Shown here: positions 38,327 to 50,531 of the stretch, in pieces
Layout of the letters: each line of letters opens with the position of its first letter
Numbering within the stretch: the first letter of the stretch is position 1
NCBI GenBank assembly: GCA_951406725.2
Contig: OX597834.1
Span: 25,978,001-26,042,000 of the forward strand
Origin: Octopus vulgaris
Lineage: Eukaryota
Direction of reading: 5' to 3'
Length of the DNA stretch: 64,000 bases
Notes under the pieces: generated by a model
Told to the model about the DNA's origin: nothing
The model's input: only the letters and a program-made list of their open reading frames with translations
The model's database searches: none
Translations under genes and position numbers: made by a program

Positions 38327-38520
38327 TTAAGTGATCAGCACTTCTACATCCATACACATCACAAGACCAAATCAGTGCAATGTTCTCTCTTGTACACTGC
38401 ACCTAATTCCTCTTATGCCCAACTTTCTTCTCAATACACTAGTGCTCTATTGTACAGTATATCTTGTGAGTACAGTTAGATGTACAACTGCTATTGGTGA
38501 ATGTAGAGCTCCATGCAGAG

Positions 38521-39583
38521 TAGTGTTTCTCAACCAATTTTTACCTGTGGACCTCTTGGATTTCTATTTTACTCAGATGGAGCCTCCAAGTCATTCAATG
38601 TTTAAAAAATCCTATTATATTTCTTTAATTAATGTCATTAGGAATTGTAAAAAAAATTTTTTCATATTTTGTGTATTGTAAAAGTATAAGCAATTTATCT
38701 CTCTATATATAAACAGCAAAATGTCTGTCTGTGTGTGTGTCCTTTATACAAATCCACAATTTTTCAGTTAGAAGGCTCGCACTTTCTATAGTCATTGAAA
38801 ACCATCCAAGGGGTGGTCGTGCACATCTTTACATTTCCCCAGTCACCCTGCAAAGCCATTAAAAAATTAATAGAAGTGACATTTTTGTGAATTTGCACTT
38901 TCTATGGTCATTCAAAACCGTCCAAGGGTGGTCATGCACATCTTTACATTTCCCCAGTCACCCCGCAAAGCCATTAAAAAATTAATAGAAGTGACATTTT
39001 TGTGAATTTGCACTTTCTATGGTCATTCAAAACCGTCCAAGGGTGGTCATGCACATCTTTACATTTCCCCAGTTACCCCGCAAAGCCATTAAAAAATTAA
39101 TAGAAGTGACATTTTTGTGAATTTGCACTTTCTATGGTCATTCAAAACCGTCCAAGGGTGGTCATGCACATCTTTACATTTCCCCAGTCACCCCGCAAAG
39201 CCATTAAAAAATCAATAGAAGTGACATTTTTGTGAATTCGCACTTTCTATGGTCATTCAAAACCGTCCAAGGATGGTCGTGCACATCTTTACATTTCCCC
39301 AGTCACCCCGCAAAGCCATTAAAAAAAATCAATAGAAGTGACTTTTTTGTGAATTTTCTATCCAAAACCCAATCAAAATGCCTGAAACTTGATACGCCAA
39401 TTGAATGCCAGCTAGCTGTATGTGATTGGTCAGAGATTTGGATAGTACTCGCGTGTATGTGCGCACGCACACAGCTGTATATGCATGCACTAGCACTATG
39501 ACCCAGCAACGCTGGGTCATAGTGCTAATTGCTGATAAATTTTGACAAAAAAATATTATGTGGACCCTGATTAAGAACCACTG
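38521..39583. mobile_element. hAT (Charlie-like) MITE hosting a Helitron
   Basis: Termini tagtgtttctcaacc / gattaagaaccactg, 8-bp TSD atgcagag/atgtagag. Confidence 0.7.
38698..39528 (+). mobile_element. Non-autonomous Helitron with an internal 115-bp tandem array, 5 copies (38779 to about 39355)
   Basis: 5' TC, subterminal hairpin, CTAA end (CTAG in the sister copy), inserted between A and T with no TSD. Confidence 0.8.
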
Positions 39584-39872
39584 ATGTAGAGCATCATCAT
39601 CCAGTCTATTTCCCATAAAGTGGTGTGGTTACTAATCTAGTTAGTAGTATTACTGGTTAAGATGTACAGAGAAGATACAAGAAAAAGTGTGATAAACACA
39701 AAATGCAACTCATACCATTTGTTCCCCAGATGATATATTTATGATCGAAGACATAAATATATCTCTTGCTAAACAAAAGCATAAATAGACCCAGGGTCAA
39801 TAACGAGAAAATTCTTCACCCAATTTTGGAATTGGACTATTCAGAGAAAAAAAAAAAAATGAAAGATATTAC

Positions 39873-40021
39873 CTGTGGAACTTGTGTTGTCTTCCCACTC
39901 CCTGTCTCTCCTATAACTATTGCAGTTGACAACCGCTGAATATGAGAAATATTTGATTCCGAGCTTTATAGGCAGGCAACTCCTGCCGTTCTTTCTTCAA
40001 GGTGAGTATTTGGTCATTCAT
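39873..40021 (-). CDS. DHX33: DEAH-box helicase DHX33-like, first coding exon (MNDQILTLKKERQELPAYKARNQ / ISHIQRLSTAIVIGETGSGKTTQVPQ), with an apparent 1-nt frameshift near 39950
   Basis: Acceptor ttcAG at 40027-40026, ATG at 40021, donor GTAATA after 39873. Contains Walker A GETGSGKTT. The 149 nt are not a multiple of 3: the upstream LPxY segment and Walker A are in different frames. Confidence 0.85.
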
Positions 40022-40366
40022 GATTCTGAATAAGAATTTCAAATAATTCAGTCAAGACAGAAATTAAATAATTTCATGAAAATATCATAAACACATCATT
40101 CAGTCATGTTCAAAAGACATCATTTTATTGTAGATTTCTTTTCAAAAAAATAGGATAAATCTTGATTTTGTTTTTTTTCTTTTAAGAAGACTGTAAATAT
40201 CAATGTATTTAATATCGTTATTAATGGCCACTTTGCCATGCTTGCATGGGTCAGACAGAATTCATTGAGGCAGATTTGTATGGTCAGATGCCTTTCCTGT
40301 CACCAACATTTACCTGTTTCCAAATAAGGTAATATTTCTCCAGACATGTTCTCACAAAAGATTGTT

Positions 40367-40647
40367 TGTTCCTTCTCGAGCCATGCCTGGCTCATAAGGG
40401 CCGGTTTCCCAGTTTCTTTGGCATATAGGTTCCCCCACCTGGACGGGACGCCAGACCGTCGCAGGTGAGCTGCAAGATGCAGGAGGAAAGGGTGAGAGAA
40501 AGTTGTGGCGAAAGAATCAGCAGAAGTTCGCCATTACCTTCTGTCGGAGCCATGTGGAGCTTAGGCGTTTCGCTCATAAACACACACATCACCCGGGTCT
40601 GAGATTCGAACCCGCTGCTCTAACCACTAAGCCATGTGCCTCCACTC
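40367..40647 (-). mobile_element. tRNA-derived SINE (family D head variant)
   Basis: tggcttagtggttagagc...ggttcgaatc, then gtttatgagcgaaacgcctaagctcc. Confidence 0.75.
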
Positions 40648-40950
40648 ACAAAAGATTGTATAACGGTGATGTTCATCCACAACAATCATGCAATGTCAAG
40701 ACAAGGAAACATTAACATTCCCCGTACATACACGCATACTCATACTCGATAGGCTTCTTTCAGTTTCCACCCACCAAATCCACTCATAAGGCTTTGGTCA
40801 GCCCAGAGCAATAGCAGATACCTGCTGAAAGTGACATGCAACAGGATCGAATTCAGAAGTCTGCGTTTGGGAAGCAAACTTCTTAACAAATTAGCCACAT
40901 CTAAGAATTCTAAATGAACTGAAATTTACTATTAAACTACCATTAGGCTT

Positions 40951-41358
40951 CTCTCTTTACTCTCTTTTACTCTTTTACTTGTTTCAGTCATTTGACTGCG
41001 GCCATGCTGGAGCACCACCTTTAGTCGAGCAAATCGACCCCGGGACTTATTTTTTGTAAGCCCAGTACTTATTCTATCGGTCTCTTTTGCCAAACCGCTA
41101 AGTGACGGGGACGTAAACACACCAGCATCGGTTGTCAAGCAATGCTAGGGAGACAAACACAGACACACATACATATATATATATACATATATACGATGGG
41201 CTTCTTTCAGTTTCTGTCTACCAAATCCACTCACAAGGCATTGGTCGGCCCAGGGCTATAGCAGAAGACACTTGCCCAAGATGCCACGCAGTGGGATTGA
41301 ACCCCGAACCATGTGGTTTGGTTAGCAAGCTACTTACCACACAGCCACTCCCGCGCCT
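40951..41358 (-). mobile_element. SINE family A
   Basis: Reverse consensus. Confidence 0.88.
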
Positions 41359-41555
41359 ATTGTTTTCTTTCTCCAACTAAGAGGAGAAATTTCAATGTAT
41401 TTATAATATTGTGCATGTCATTCAGTACATCACCACATACCTGTGCTAAGAAAATGGAGGTGATTGAACCAACTGACTCATTTCTCTCTGCACAACACAC
41501 ACCCATATCCTTATCATCATTTAAAAATCTACTTTTCCAAGCTTGTATGAGTTGA

Positions 41556-42203
41556 GCGCATTGGCCCTGTGGTTAGGGCAGCGGACTCGCGGTCATAGGA
41601 CCGCGGTTTCGATTCCCAGACCGGGCGTTGTGAGTGTTTATTGAGCGAAAACACCTAAAGCTCCACGAGGCTCCGGCAGGGGATGGTGGTGATCCCTGCT
41701 GTACTCTTTCACCACAACTTTCTCTCACTCTTACTTCCTGTTTCTGTTGTACCTGTATTTCAAAGGGCCGGCCTTGTCACTCTCTGTGTCACGCTGAATA
41801 TCCCCGAGAGCTACGTTAAGGTTACACGTGTCTGTGGAGTGCTCAGCCACTTACACGTTAATTTCACGAGCAGGCTGTTCCGTTGATTCGGATTAACCGG
41901 AACCCTCATCGGATCAACCAGAACCCTCATCCACGAGGCTCCGGCAGGGGATGGTGGTGATCCCTGCTGTACTCTTTCACCACAACTTTCTCTCACTCTT
42001 ACTTCCTGTTTCTGTTGTACCTGTATTTCAAAGGGCCGGCCTTGTCACTCTCTGTGTCACGCTGAATATCCCCGAGAACTACGTTAAGGATACACGTGTC
42101 TGTGGAGTGCTCAGCCACTTACACGTTAATTTCACGAGCAGGCTGTTCCGTTGATTCGGATCAACCGGAACCCTCATCGTCGTAACCGACGGAGTGCTTC
42201 CAT
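41556..42203 (+). mobile_element. tRNA-derived SINE family D with a 268-bp internal tandem duplication
   Basis: Head gtggttagggcagcggactcgcggtc...ggtttcgattccc, body ccacgaggctccggcagggg... repeated at about 41663 and 41931. Confidence 0.85.
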
Positions 42204-42359
42204 CATGAGTTGACCAGAGTTTATTGAGACAGATGACTTTCATACAGCCAGATGTCTTTCCTGACACTAACCCTCATCTGTTTCAAAGGTCATATTTTCT
42301 CATAGTCAGACAGGTTTTCACAGAATATGGGAAATGAAAGATTCATTTACAACAATTAA

Positions 42360-42535
42360 GCGCAGGAGTGGCTGTGTGGTAAGTAGCTTGCTTACCAACC
42401 ACATGGTTCTGGGTTCAGTCCCACTGCGTGGCATCTTGGGCAAGTGTCTTCTGCTATAGCCCCGGGCCGACCAATGCCTTGTGAGTGGATTTGGTAGACG
42501 AAAACTGAAAGAAGCCTGTCGTATATATGTGTGTG

Positions 42536-42575
<40 letters not shown>

Positions 42576-42651
42576 CACACACATATATACGACAGGCTTC
42601 TTTCAGTTTTCGTCTACCAAGTCCACTCAGAAGGCATTGGTCGGCCCGGGG

Positions 42652-42711
<60 letters not shown>

Positions 42712-42926
42712 GTGTGTATATGTTTGTGTGTCTGTGTTTGTCCCCCTAGCATTGCTTGACAACCGATCCTGGTGTGTTTACGTCCCCGTCACTTAGCGGT
42801 TCGGCAAAAGAGACCAATAGAATAAGTACTGGGCTTACAAAGAATAAGTCCCGGGGCCGATTTGCTCGACTAAAGGCGGTGCTCCAGCATGGCCGCAGTC
42901 AAGTGACTGAAACAAGTAAAAGAGTA
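42360..42926 (+). mobile_element. SINE A containing an internal inverted duplication
   Basis: Palindrome spanning 42455-42656. Confidence 0.85.
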
Positions 42927-42997
42927 ATATCAAGACATCATCAACATTTAACATCCATTTTCCATGCTGGCATGGGTTGGGTGGCTTGACAAGAATT

Positions 42998-43678
42998 GGC
43001 AAGACCAGGAGCTGCACCAGGTTCCATACTCTGTTTTGGTTTGGTTTCTACAGCTGCATGCCCTTCCTAATGCCAACCCCTCGGCAAGACCAGGAGCTGC
43101 ACCAGGTTCTATACTCTGTTTTGGTTTGGTTTCTACAGCTGGATGCCCTTCCTAATGCCAACCCCTCGGCAAGACCAGGAGCTGCACCAGGTTCCATACT
43201 CTGTTTTGGTTTGGTTTCTACAGCTGGATGCCCTTCCTAATGCCAACCCCTCGGCAAGACCAGGAGCTGCACCAGGTTCCATACTCTGTTTTGGTTTGCT
43301 TTCTACAGCTGGATGCCCTTCCTAATGCCAACCCCTCGGCAAGACCAGGAGCTGCACCAGGTTCCATACTCTGTTTTGGTTTGCTTTCTACAGCTGGATG
43401 CCCTTCCTAATGCCAACCCCTCGGCAAGACCAGGAGCTGCACCAGGTTCCATACTCTGTTTTGGTTTGGTTTCTACAGCTGGATGCCCTTCCTAATGCCA
43501 ACCCCTCGGCAAGACCAGGAGCTTGCACCAGGTTCCATACTCTGTTTTGGTTTGGTTTCTACAGCTGGATGCCCTTCCTAATGCCAACCCCTCGGCAAGA
43601 CCAGAAGCTGCACCAGGTTCCATACTCTGTTTTGGTTCGGTTTCTACAGCTGGATGCCCTTCCTAATGCCAACCCCTC
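42998..43678. repeat. 85-bp minisatellite, 8 copies, amplified from an RTE 3'UTR
   Basis: Unit starts at 42998, 43083, 43168, 43253, 43338, 43423, 43508 and 43594. Confidence 0.95.
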
Positions 43679-44087
43679 CACAGATTGTACTGGGAGTTTT
43701 TTTATGTGGCACCAGCACCCACACCAAATGCTTTTCATGTGGCACCTTGGTTTTCGAATCTTAATTCTGTTGTAGTGGGCGGATCTTCTCGAGTACAGCA
43801 ATGCACCACATATATCAGTCCTCTGTCATCTCCTTCGTAAATCTCAGCCTTTTGAAACAAGAAGATGCAAACATACGCATATGATGAATGGTTGTTAATT
43901 CATTAAACGATTATGACTGTCACTGACATCATCTGATTATACATAAATACACTATATATATATACATACACACACACACACACACATATATATACACACA
44001 CACATATATATATATATACACACACACACATATATATATATACACACACACACATATATATATATATATACACACACACACATATAT

Positions 44088-44138
<51 letters not shown>

Positions 44139-45927
44139 CACACACATACATACACACTCCCTCTCTATATATAGTTTCCAACGACTAAATTTATTCATAA
44201 GACTCTGGTCACCCTGGGGCCATAGTAGAAGACACACTTGCCCAAGATGCCATGCAGTGGGACTGAAGCCGAACCTATGCGATCGAGAAGCGAATTTCTT
44301 AACCAATCTCACACACAAAAAAAAATATACGCAGACACACACACGTGTGTGTTGTGTGTTTGTATGTGTGTGTAAGCAGGTAAGGTGATCACTACTTGAT
44401 ATTGGTGAAGTACAATTATGAAATTACGCATTTACCTGAAGGGAGATAATTTTGTTTTAAGAAAAATTATCCAGCGTAGTCAAGAGAGGCGATTACAGCA
44501 TTAATCCTTATAAATATTTACATTATTATGTAACTGTTTTAAGTTTCATTTGTCTAGTGGAATTTTTTTTTTAATATTTCTTTTAATAATCGTTTGATAT
44601 ATAATAATAATAATAATAATAAGTTGATATGTTATTAGTATTATTATAAAACCCAAATTCACAAACACTGCAATGAAAGCGCTAAAATTTCGACTGGATA
44701 ATCCTCAACAGCTCACGTGTAAAACGATTTAAAGTATTTCGTATAATTACATAGCGAAACATTGCAGGACATGTGTACAGCTGACTGACACAGTACACGT
44801 TAAACCAGGTTGTTGATTATTAGCTTGATCCAGTAGATCTATAATCCTATGATCAAAAGCGTTCCAGCCATGACCATTTTGACATTTTTCTGGCAGTTAT
44901 AGAAGCTTTTCGTTTCCAGGGCCCGAGTGAAAGCAATTTATTTTGTCAAAAGTGTTTTCCGGGCCTAAAAGAGAAAGTGCTTCCCAACAAAATAAAACTA
45001 TTAACCCTTTGTCTGACTGCATATCACATGTACAGCACAGGACATAATTTTTCCCCATCCAATTAAATATTTAAATTTATGTTCAAATGTGGTATATTCA
45101 ACCAACAGCTAAGTTCAGTCCTGACATTAAAATACGCTTACTCCTAAAAGTTTATGCTCTTAACCCCTAAACTCTTACAACTATAATGTAGGAGCCAGTT
45201 ATGGTATCAGATCTCTAGGTAACACATGTCTGTGAAATCTCTTAACACAGCTTGTCTTGTGTATATGTGATACACAGGACGTGTTTCCTTGGTATCCATG
45301 CATCATATAAGGTACATGTTCCCAATTTTCTTTTTTCAACCACCAGAGTAACTTGGGACTCATGAAACGAAAGCTTTATATTATGAATGAAGGGTTAACT
45401 AAAAGTCTGAAAACAAGCATGGATTTTAAGGCAAAATGTTAAGTAACAAAAGCATTATAAAGTTGAATGCTGGCCAGATACTAACATGCATCTAATATGA
45501 CGAATTCGTTAAATATATTAGTTATATTCCTAATTAACTTAACGCAGTTGCTCTGAAGAAGTCTCGTGTATTTGCTGTTAATTGCTTTTCCTTCTATTAT
45601 CATTTGATACAAGGCATAACTACAGATTGGTGCTCCTACTAGGAAAAACCAACTTTGTTTCTTGACATTTTTCTTTAAAATATATAAGTTTTATAGAGAT
45701 TTTTACGAGATACGTTTCCTATATTATTATAATTATATCGGGAAAAAATGTTTTTATGAGTTTCGGATTATTCTATCCACCCACAAATTTCCTTAACTTT
45801 AACAGTTCATTTTATATACACAGTTTTATTTGGAGAGTTACATGGCCTAAGTTTCTTTAATTTTTTGATAAGTTCATTTCATTAAAAGATACCGGAGATA
45901 GAGAGAGAAAGGTAATAAAATTAAAGG

Positions 45928-46277
45928 ATAATTTCCTATTTGACGTTCGTAAAATTCAACGTTTTTGTTTCATTTTCATTTCAACTTGATTAGTATGTCT
46001 CGTGGATACCCTTACTGTTCTTCGTTTTATTGTAAATCCCAACGAAACACTTATAGATCAGCAGGTACTCAATAAAGGGCACTGGCTCCATCTTCGTCAC
46101 ATTCTGCGATTTGTATTGCTAGGTGTGCCCGCCGTGGATTGTTGATGAATTCTCACATGTGTCAGGGCGAAACTCTTCACTCGCTTTTCGTAGAGTGTAC
46201 CACATACAATTATGAAATGTTTTATTGAAATAAACTTTGGATAACTGTGATTTTACGAACGTCAAATAGGAAGTTAT
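45928..46277. mobile_element. MITE with 28-bp TIRs, Mutator-like
   Basis: ATAA(T/C)TTCCTATTTGACGTTCGTAAAAT inverted pair matching at 27/28, flanking 9-10 bp duplication (a/g)aattaaagg. Confidence 0.7.
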
Positions 46278-46517
46278 GAATTAAAGGGAATAAAAACTAT
46301 GTTTCAAATAAAATTAATGTATACTTTATAGCAATGGTCTGTATGAACAACTACAACAAAAACCTAGTTCTATTCATCTATAAAATAATTAACTGGTCCA
46401 TATGTAGAAGGGTTCTTCTACCCGGCATATCAGAAGTTAGCTTTCTCTCTTGTTTGGACTTAAAACATTAAACGTTTATATTCAGAGAACAAAGAAGGTA
46501 GATATATAGAAACTTAC

Positions 46518-46700
46518 GGATATAAACGACATTGTGTTTTCTTCAATATAAATTAATATATTATATAAAAAAGACCCCCCAGCCGGTTGTTGTTTTCTTT
46601 CGAAGTCCCTTCTCTTCCTAAAAACACGTGTATTGCGTAAATCCAGATTAACTTCCTGTGGAACAGGAAGTTGTTAGATTAGCACGTTCTCATTGGTTGA
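46518..46700 (-). promoter_or_regulatory. Candidate DHX33 promoter and first exon
   Basis: Minus-strand donor GTAAGT starting at 46517, E-box CACGTG 46625-46630, inverted ETS-type pair AACTTCCTGT-gga-ACAGGAAGTT 46650-46672, CCAAT (ATTGG) 46692-46696, all in unique sequence upstream of the first coding exon. Confidence 0.45.
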
Positions 46701-46769
46701 TTTAATTTTTAATTGATTCTTTAGAATTGGCGGTATTGGTAGAAGTCTTGGGAGAGAAAAAAGAACAGG

Positions 46770-47880
46770 TCTGGTGTGCTAGCAGAAACATTAGCACGCC
46801 GGACGAAATGCTTAGCGGCATTTCGTCTGCGTTACGTTTTGAGTTCAAATTCCGCCGAGGTCGACTTTGCCTTTCATCCTTTCGGGGTCGATAAATTAAG
46901 TACCAGTTACGCACTGGAGTCGATGTAATCGACTTAATACCTATGTCTGTCCTTGTTTGTCCACTCTATGTTTAGCCCCTTGTGGTTAATAAAGAAATAG
47001 GTATTTCGTCTACCGTTACGTTGTGAGTCGATGTAATCGACTTAATACCTATGTCTGTCCTTGTTTGTCCCCTCTGTGTTTAGCCCCTTGTGGTTAATAA
47101 AGAAATAGGTATTTCGTCTGCCGCTGCGTTCTGAGTTCCAATTCCGCCAAGGTCGACTTTGCCTTTCATCCTTTCGGGGTCGATAAATTAAGTACCAGTT
47201 ACGCACTGAGGTCGATGTAATCGACTTAATACCTATGTCTGTCCTTGTTTGTCCCCTCTGTGTTTAGCCCCTTGTGGGTAATAAATAAATAGAAATAGGT
47301 ATTTCGTCTGCGTTACGTTGTGAGTTCAAATTCCGCCGAGGTCGACTTTGCCTTTCATCCTTTCGGGGTCGATAAATTAAGTACCAGTTACGAACTGGGG
47401 TCGATGTAATCGACTTAATACCTATGTCTGTCCTTGTTTGTCCCTTCTATGTTTAGCCCCTTGTGGGTAATAAAGAAATAGGTATTTCGTCTGCTGCTGC
47501 GTTCTGAGTTCAAATTCCGCCGAGGTTGACTTTGCCTTTCATCCTTTCGGGGTCGATTAAATAAGTACCAGTTACGTACTGGGGTCGATATAATCGACTT
47601 AATCCGTGTGTCTGTCCTTGTTTGTCCCCTCTATGTTTAGCCCCTTGTGGGTAGTAAAGAAATAGGTATGGTAGAGCCTTGGGAGAAAAAAAGGACAGGT
47701 CTGGTGTGCTGGCAGAAACGTTAGCACGCCGGATGAAATGCGTAGCTGTATTTCGTCTACCGTTAGGTTGTGAGTTCAAATTCCGCCGAGGTCGACTTTG
47801 CCTTTCATCCTTTCGGGGTCGATAAATTAAGTACCTGTTGCATACTGAGATCAATCTTATCGACTAGCCCCCTCCCCCAT
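46770..47880 (+). mobile_element. SINE B array: one head plus about 5 bodies, then a duplicated flank and a further copy
   Basis: Junction aagaaatag|gtatttcgtc repeated four times, flank ggtaga..cttgggaga..acaggtctggtgtgct duplicated at about 46735 and 47667. Confidence 0.88.
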
Positions 47881-48254
47881 TAGACAGTGGATTCCCAGAT
47901 TCAGAAAAATAGGTAGGAAGGTCATGGTTGGAACGTCCTTCAGCATAGCTCTCTCTCTCTCTCTCTATCTCTCTTTCTTTCTATCTCTTTTTTCCCTCTC
48001 TCTGCAGACTGACCTGAAGGGAGGGGTTTTGTTAATTGCATTAACCCCTGGTACTTTATTTTAACAACCCCCATTCCTGAGAGCATGAAAAGCAAAACTG
48101 ATCTGAACGGGCTTGAACAAGTTTGCAGTGCAAATCTTCTTTATTAATATTAAGTTCAGATTAAAAAACAGTAATTTATTACACATTTATCATTAGAGTT
48201 CCTGATACAATTATAAAAGTAGAGTGGCCACGGTTAGAATGGCTTTTCACACTG

Positions 48255-48296
<42 letters not shown>

Positions 48297-48562
48297 CTAT
48301 CTATCTCTATCTATCTATCTCTAACTATCTCTATCTATCTAACTATCTCTCCTCTCTTTCTCTATCTATCTATCTCTAACTATCTCTCTCTCTCTATCTA
48401 TCTATCTCTAACTATCTATCTCTCTCTATCTATCTATCTCTAACTATCTCTCTCTATCTATCTATCTATCTCTAACTATCTGTCTCTCTATCTATCTATC
48501 TCTAACTATCTCTCTCTAACTCTCTTTATCTATCTATCTATCTATCTATCTCTAACTATCTC

Positions 48563-48601
<39 letters not shown>

Positions 48602-48612
48602 CTAACTATCTC

Positions 48613-48643
<31 letters not shown>

Positions 48644-48685
48644 CTAACTATCTCTCTATCTATCTATCTATCTATCTATCTCTAA

Positions 48686-48726
<41 letters not shown>
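48255..48726. repeat. Compound (CT)n/(ATCT)n microsatellite with a recurring ctctaactat higher-order unit
   Basis: Direct inspection. Confidence 0.95.
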
Positions 48727-48730
<4 letters not shown>

Positions 48731-49110
48731 CTCAATGATGACGTCATTCAGGAACTAGTGTTTGTCTTGACAGACGACGGCAGTCTGAATCAACAGAGTT
48801 ACTGGCCTTAGTTACTGTCGTCCACCATGTTACCAACTCCGTTGTAGGAATTTTCTCTCATCTCTCTCTTCACACAACAATAACTGCTTACAATTTACAC
48901 TTGCAAACAACATTTCAATTCCGTCCGTTTCTGAAACAACCCATCCCACTCTCCTTCTTTAAATACCCCCAAAATATTCCACGTTTTCTTATTTTCCCAT
49001 GGAAATTACACCCAAGCTATCCCCATAGCAGCAGAAAATACCTTCATATACCGCTCAAAATATCAACCTTTTTTCTCATAGCGGCTGTGATCGAACCTGC
49101 TACAGGTAAC
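48727..49110 (+). promoter_or_regulatory. Possible promoter and non-coding first exon of a divergent plus-strand gene
   Basis: Perfect CRE palindrome ATGACGTCAT 48738-48747 in unique sequence, candidate donor CAG|GTAAC at about 49105. Confidence 0.25.
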
Positions 49111-49223
49111 AACTTGTTTTAATTACATGTACTAATATTCTTTTAATTGCCTCTTCTGTAATCTGCTTAAACCGCTTATTTATTTTTGTTTTTTGTGTCA
49201 ACTTGTCTCCTCTCAAACACCCA

Positions 49224-50380
49224 CTTGTTTTAGGAAAGCGCCTTCTACTTGGTCATTCGGCTTGCTAGAAATAGCAACCAAGTTTTGCTCAAATCATCCC
49301 CAATCGCTTTAATCAAGGAAAGAACACAGTACTATCCGTGGCCACTCTAGTATAGTCCTGGATATATATATATTTATATGTATAAAAGAGAAAAGAAAGC
49401 GTGGTGGTCATTGTTGGATTGCCTTTGATAGTTCTCACTTGAAGCTAAGGAGCCATCGACGTGGTTATTCAGTTTGCTAGAAATAGTAACCAAGTAATAT
49501 TCTTGTTTTAGGAAAGCGCCTTCTACTTGGTCATTCGGCTTGCTAGAAATAGCAACCAAGTTTTGCTCAAATCATCCCCAATCGCTTTAATCAAGGAAAG
49601 AACACAGTAAATAATATAGTCCTGGATATATATATATATTTATATGTATAAAAGAGAAAAGAAAACGTGGTGGTCATTGTTGGATTGCCTTTGATAGTTC
49701 TCACTTGAAGCTAAGGAGCCATCGACGTGGTTATTCAGTTTGCTAGAAATAGTGACCAAGTCATATTCAAAGCATTCCTTAGCATTTTAATTAACTAAAG
49801 GACACAATTCATAATATAGTCCTACATACATATTTTTTTTAAATAACGAAAAAGATGAGGTGGTTATGGTTGGATTGCCTTTGCTGTACTTCTCTCTTAC
49901 ATGACGCTAAACAATAATTTAGTTTGTTTGATGTAGGAGCCTTCGACGTGGTCGATTGTCTTGCTAGACAAAGCAACCAACTCATTCAAATCGCTTTATG
50001 TTGCTTTAATTAACAAAAGAACTTGGATTTATTTTTTTTTAAAGAACAGATGAGATGGTCATGTTTGGATGGCAATTCTTTCTGATCTGGGACTAAACAA
50101 CGTATATCAAATAGTTTTTTTGTTTGTTTGTTTTTGTTCGCACCCCAGACATGTGCCCGATCTGCTCTGGTTGCTATCCTCCCTCCTGTCACCCTTTTTT
50201 TTAAATATAATCCTCAAACTGTTTTTAGCTGTAATTTCTAAAACTATTATTATTAATAAACTTCGTTAGAAGTAGTCAAACGTGTTTCAAACCAACGCGG
50301 TCTTTAGAATCTGCTGGAAATAGCAACGAAAAATCTCTCAAATACTTCTCTGTCATTAAAATACAAGGGGAAAAATGTTA
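49224..50380 (+). repeat. Array of degenerate tgctagaaatagcaaccaa-type repeats, including a recent duplication of about 278 bp
   Basis: cttgttttaggaaagcgccttctac occurs at 49224 and 49502. The same family appears singly near 27.7, 51.8 and 62.8 kb. Confidence 0.7.
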
Positions 50381-50399
50381 CGTTGGATAATATATTTCT

Positions 50400-50400
50400 T

Positions 50401-50457
<57 letters not shown>

Positions 50458-50470
50458 ATATGTATGTATG

Positions 50471-50531
<61 letters not shown>

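Noticed and set aside
39873-40025. Rescue of the frameshift by A-to-I editing of TGA/TAA to Trp in the Walker A frame
   Set aside because: That frame upstream (NHE*PNTHLEERTAGVACL*) has no helicase similarity, whereas the other frame has the conserved RxxLPxY segment. Editing cannot insert a base.
41556-41630. tRNA gene (also 21137 and 59874)
   Set aside because: The tRNA-like heads run directly into SINE bodies, the acceptor and anticodon stems are imperfect, and there is no terminator
42998-43678. CRISPR-like appearance of regular repeats (also 38779-39355 and 46770-47665)
   Set aside because: No unique spacers, no cas genes, eukaryotic context, and the units derive from transposons
48735-48788. 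Box C/D snoRNA (ATGATGA...CTGA)
   Set aside because: Only about 54 nt, no convincing terminal stem or recognisable guide, and the C box overlaps the CRE palindrome
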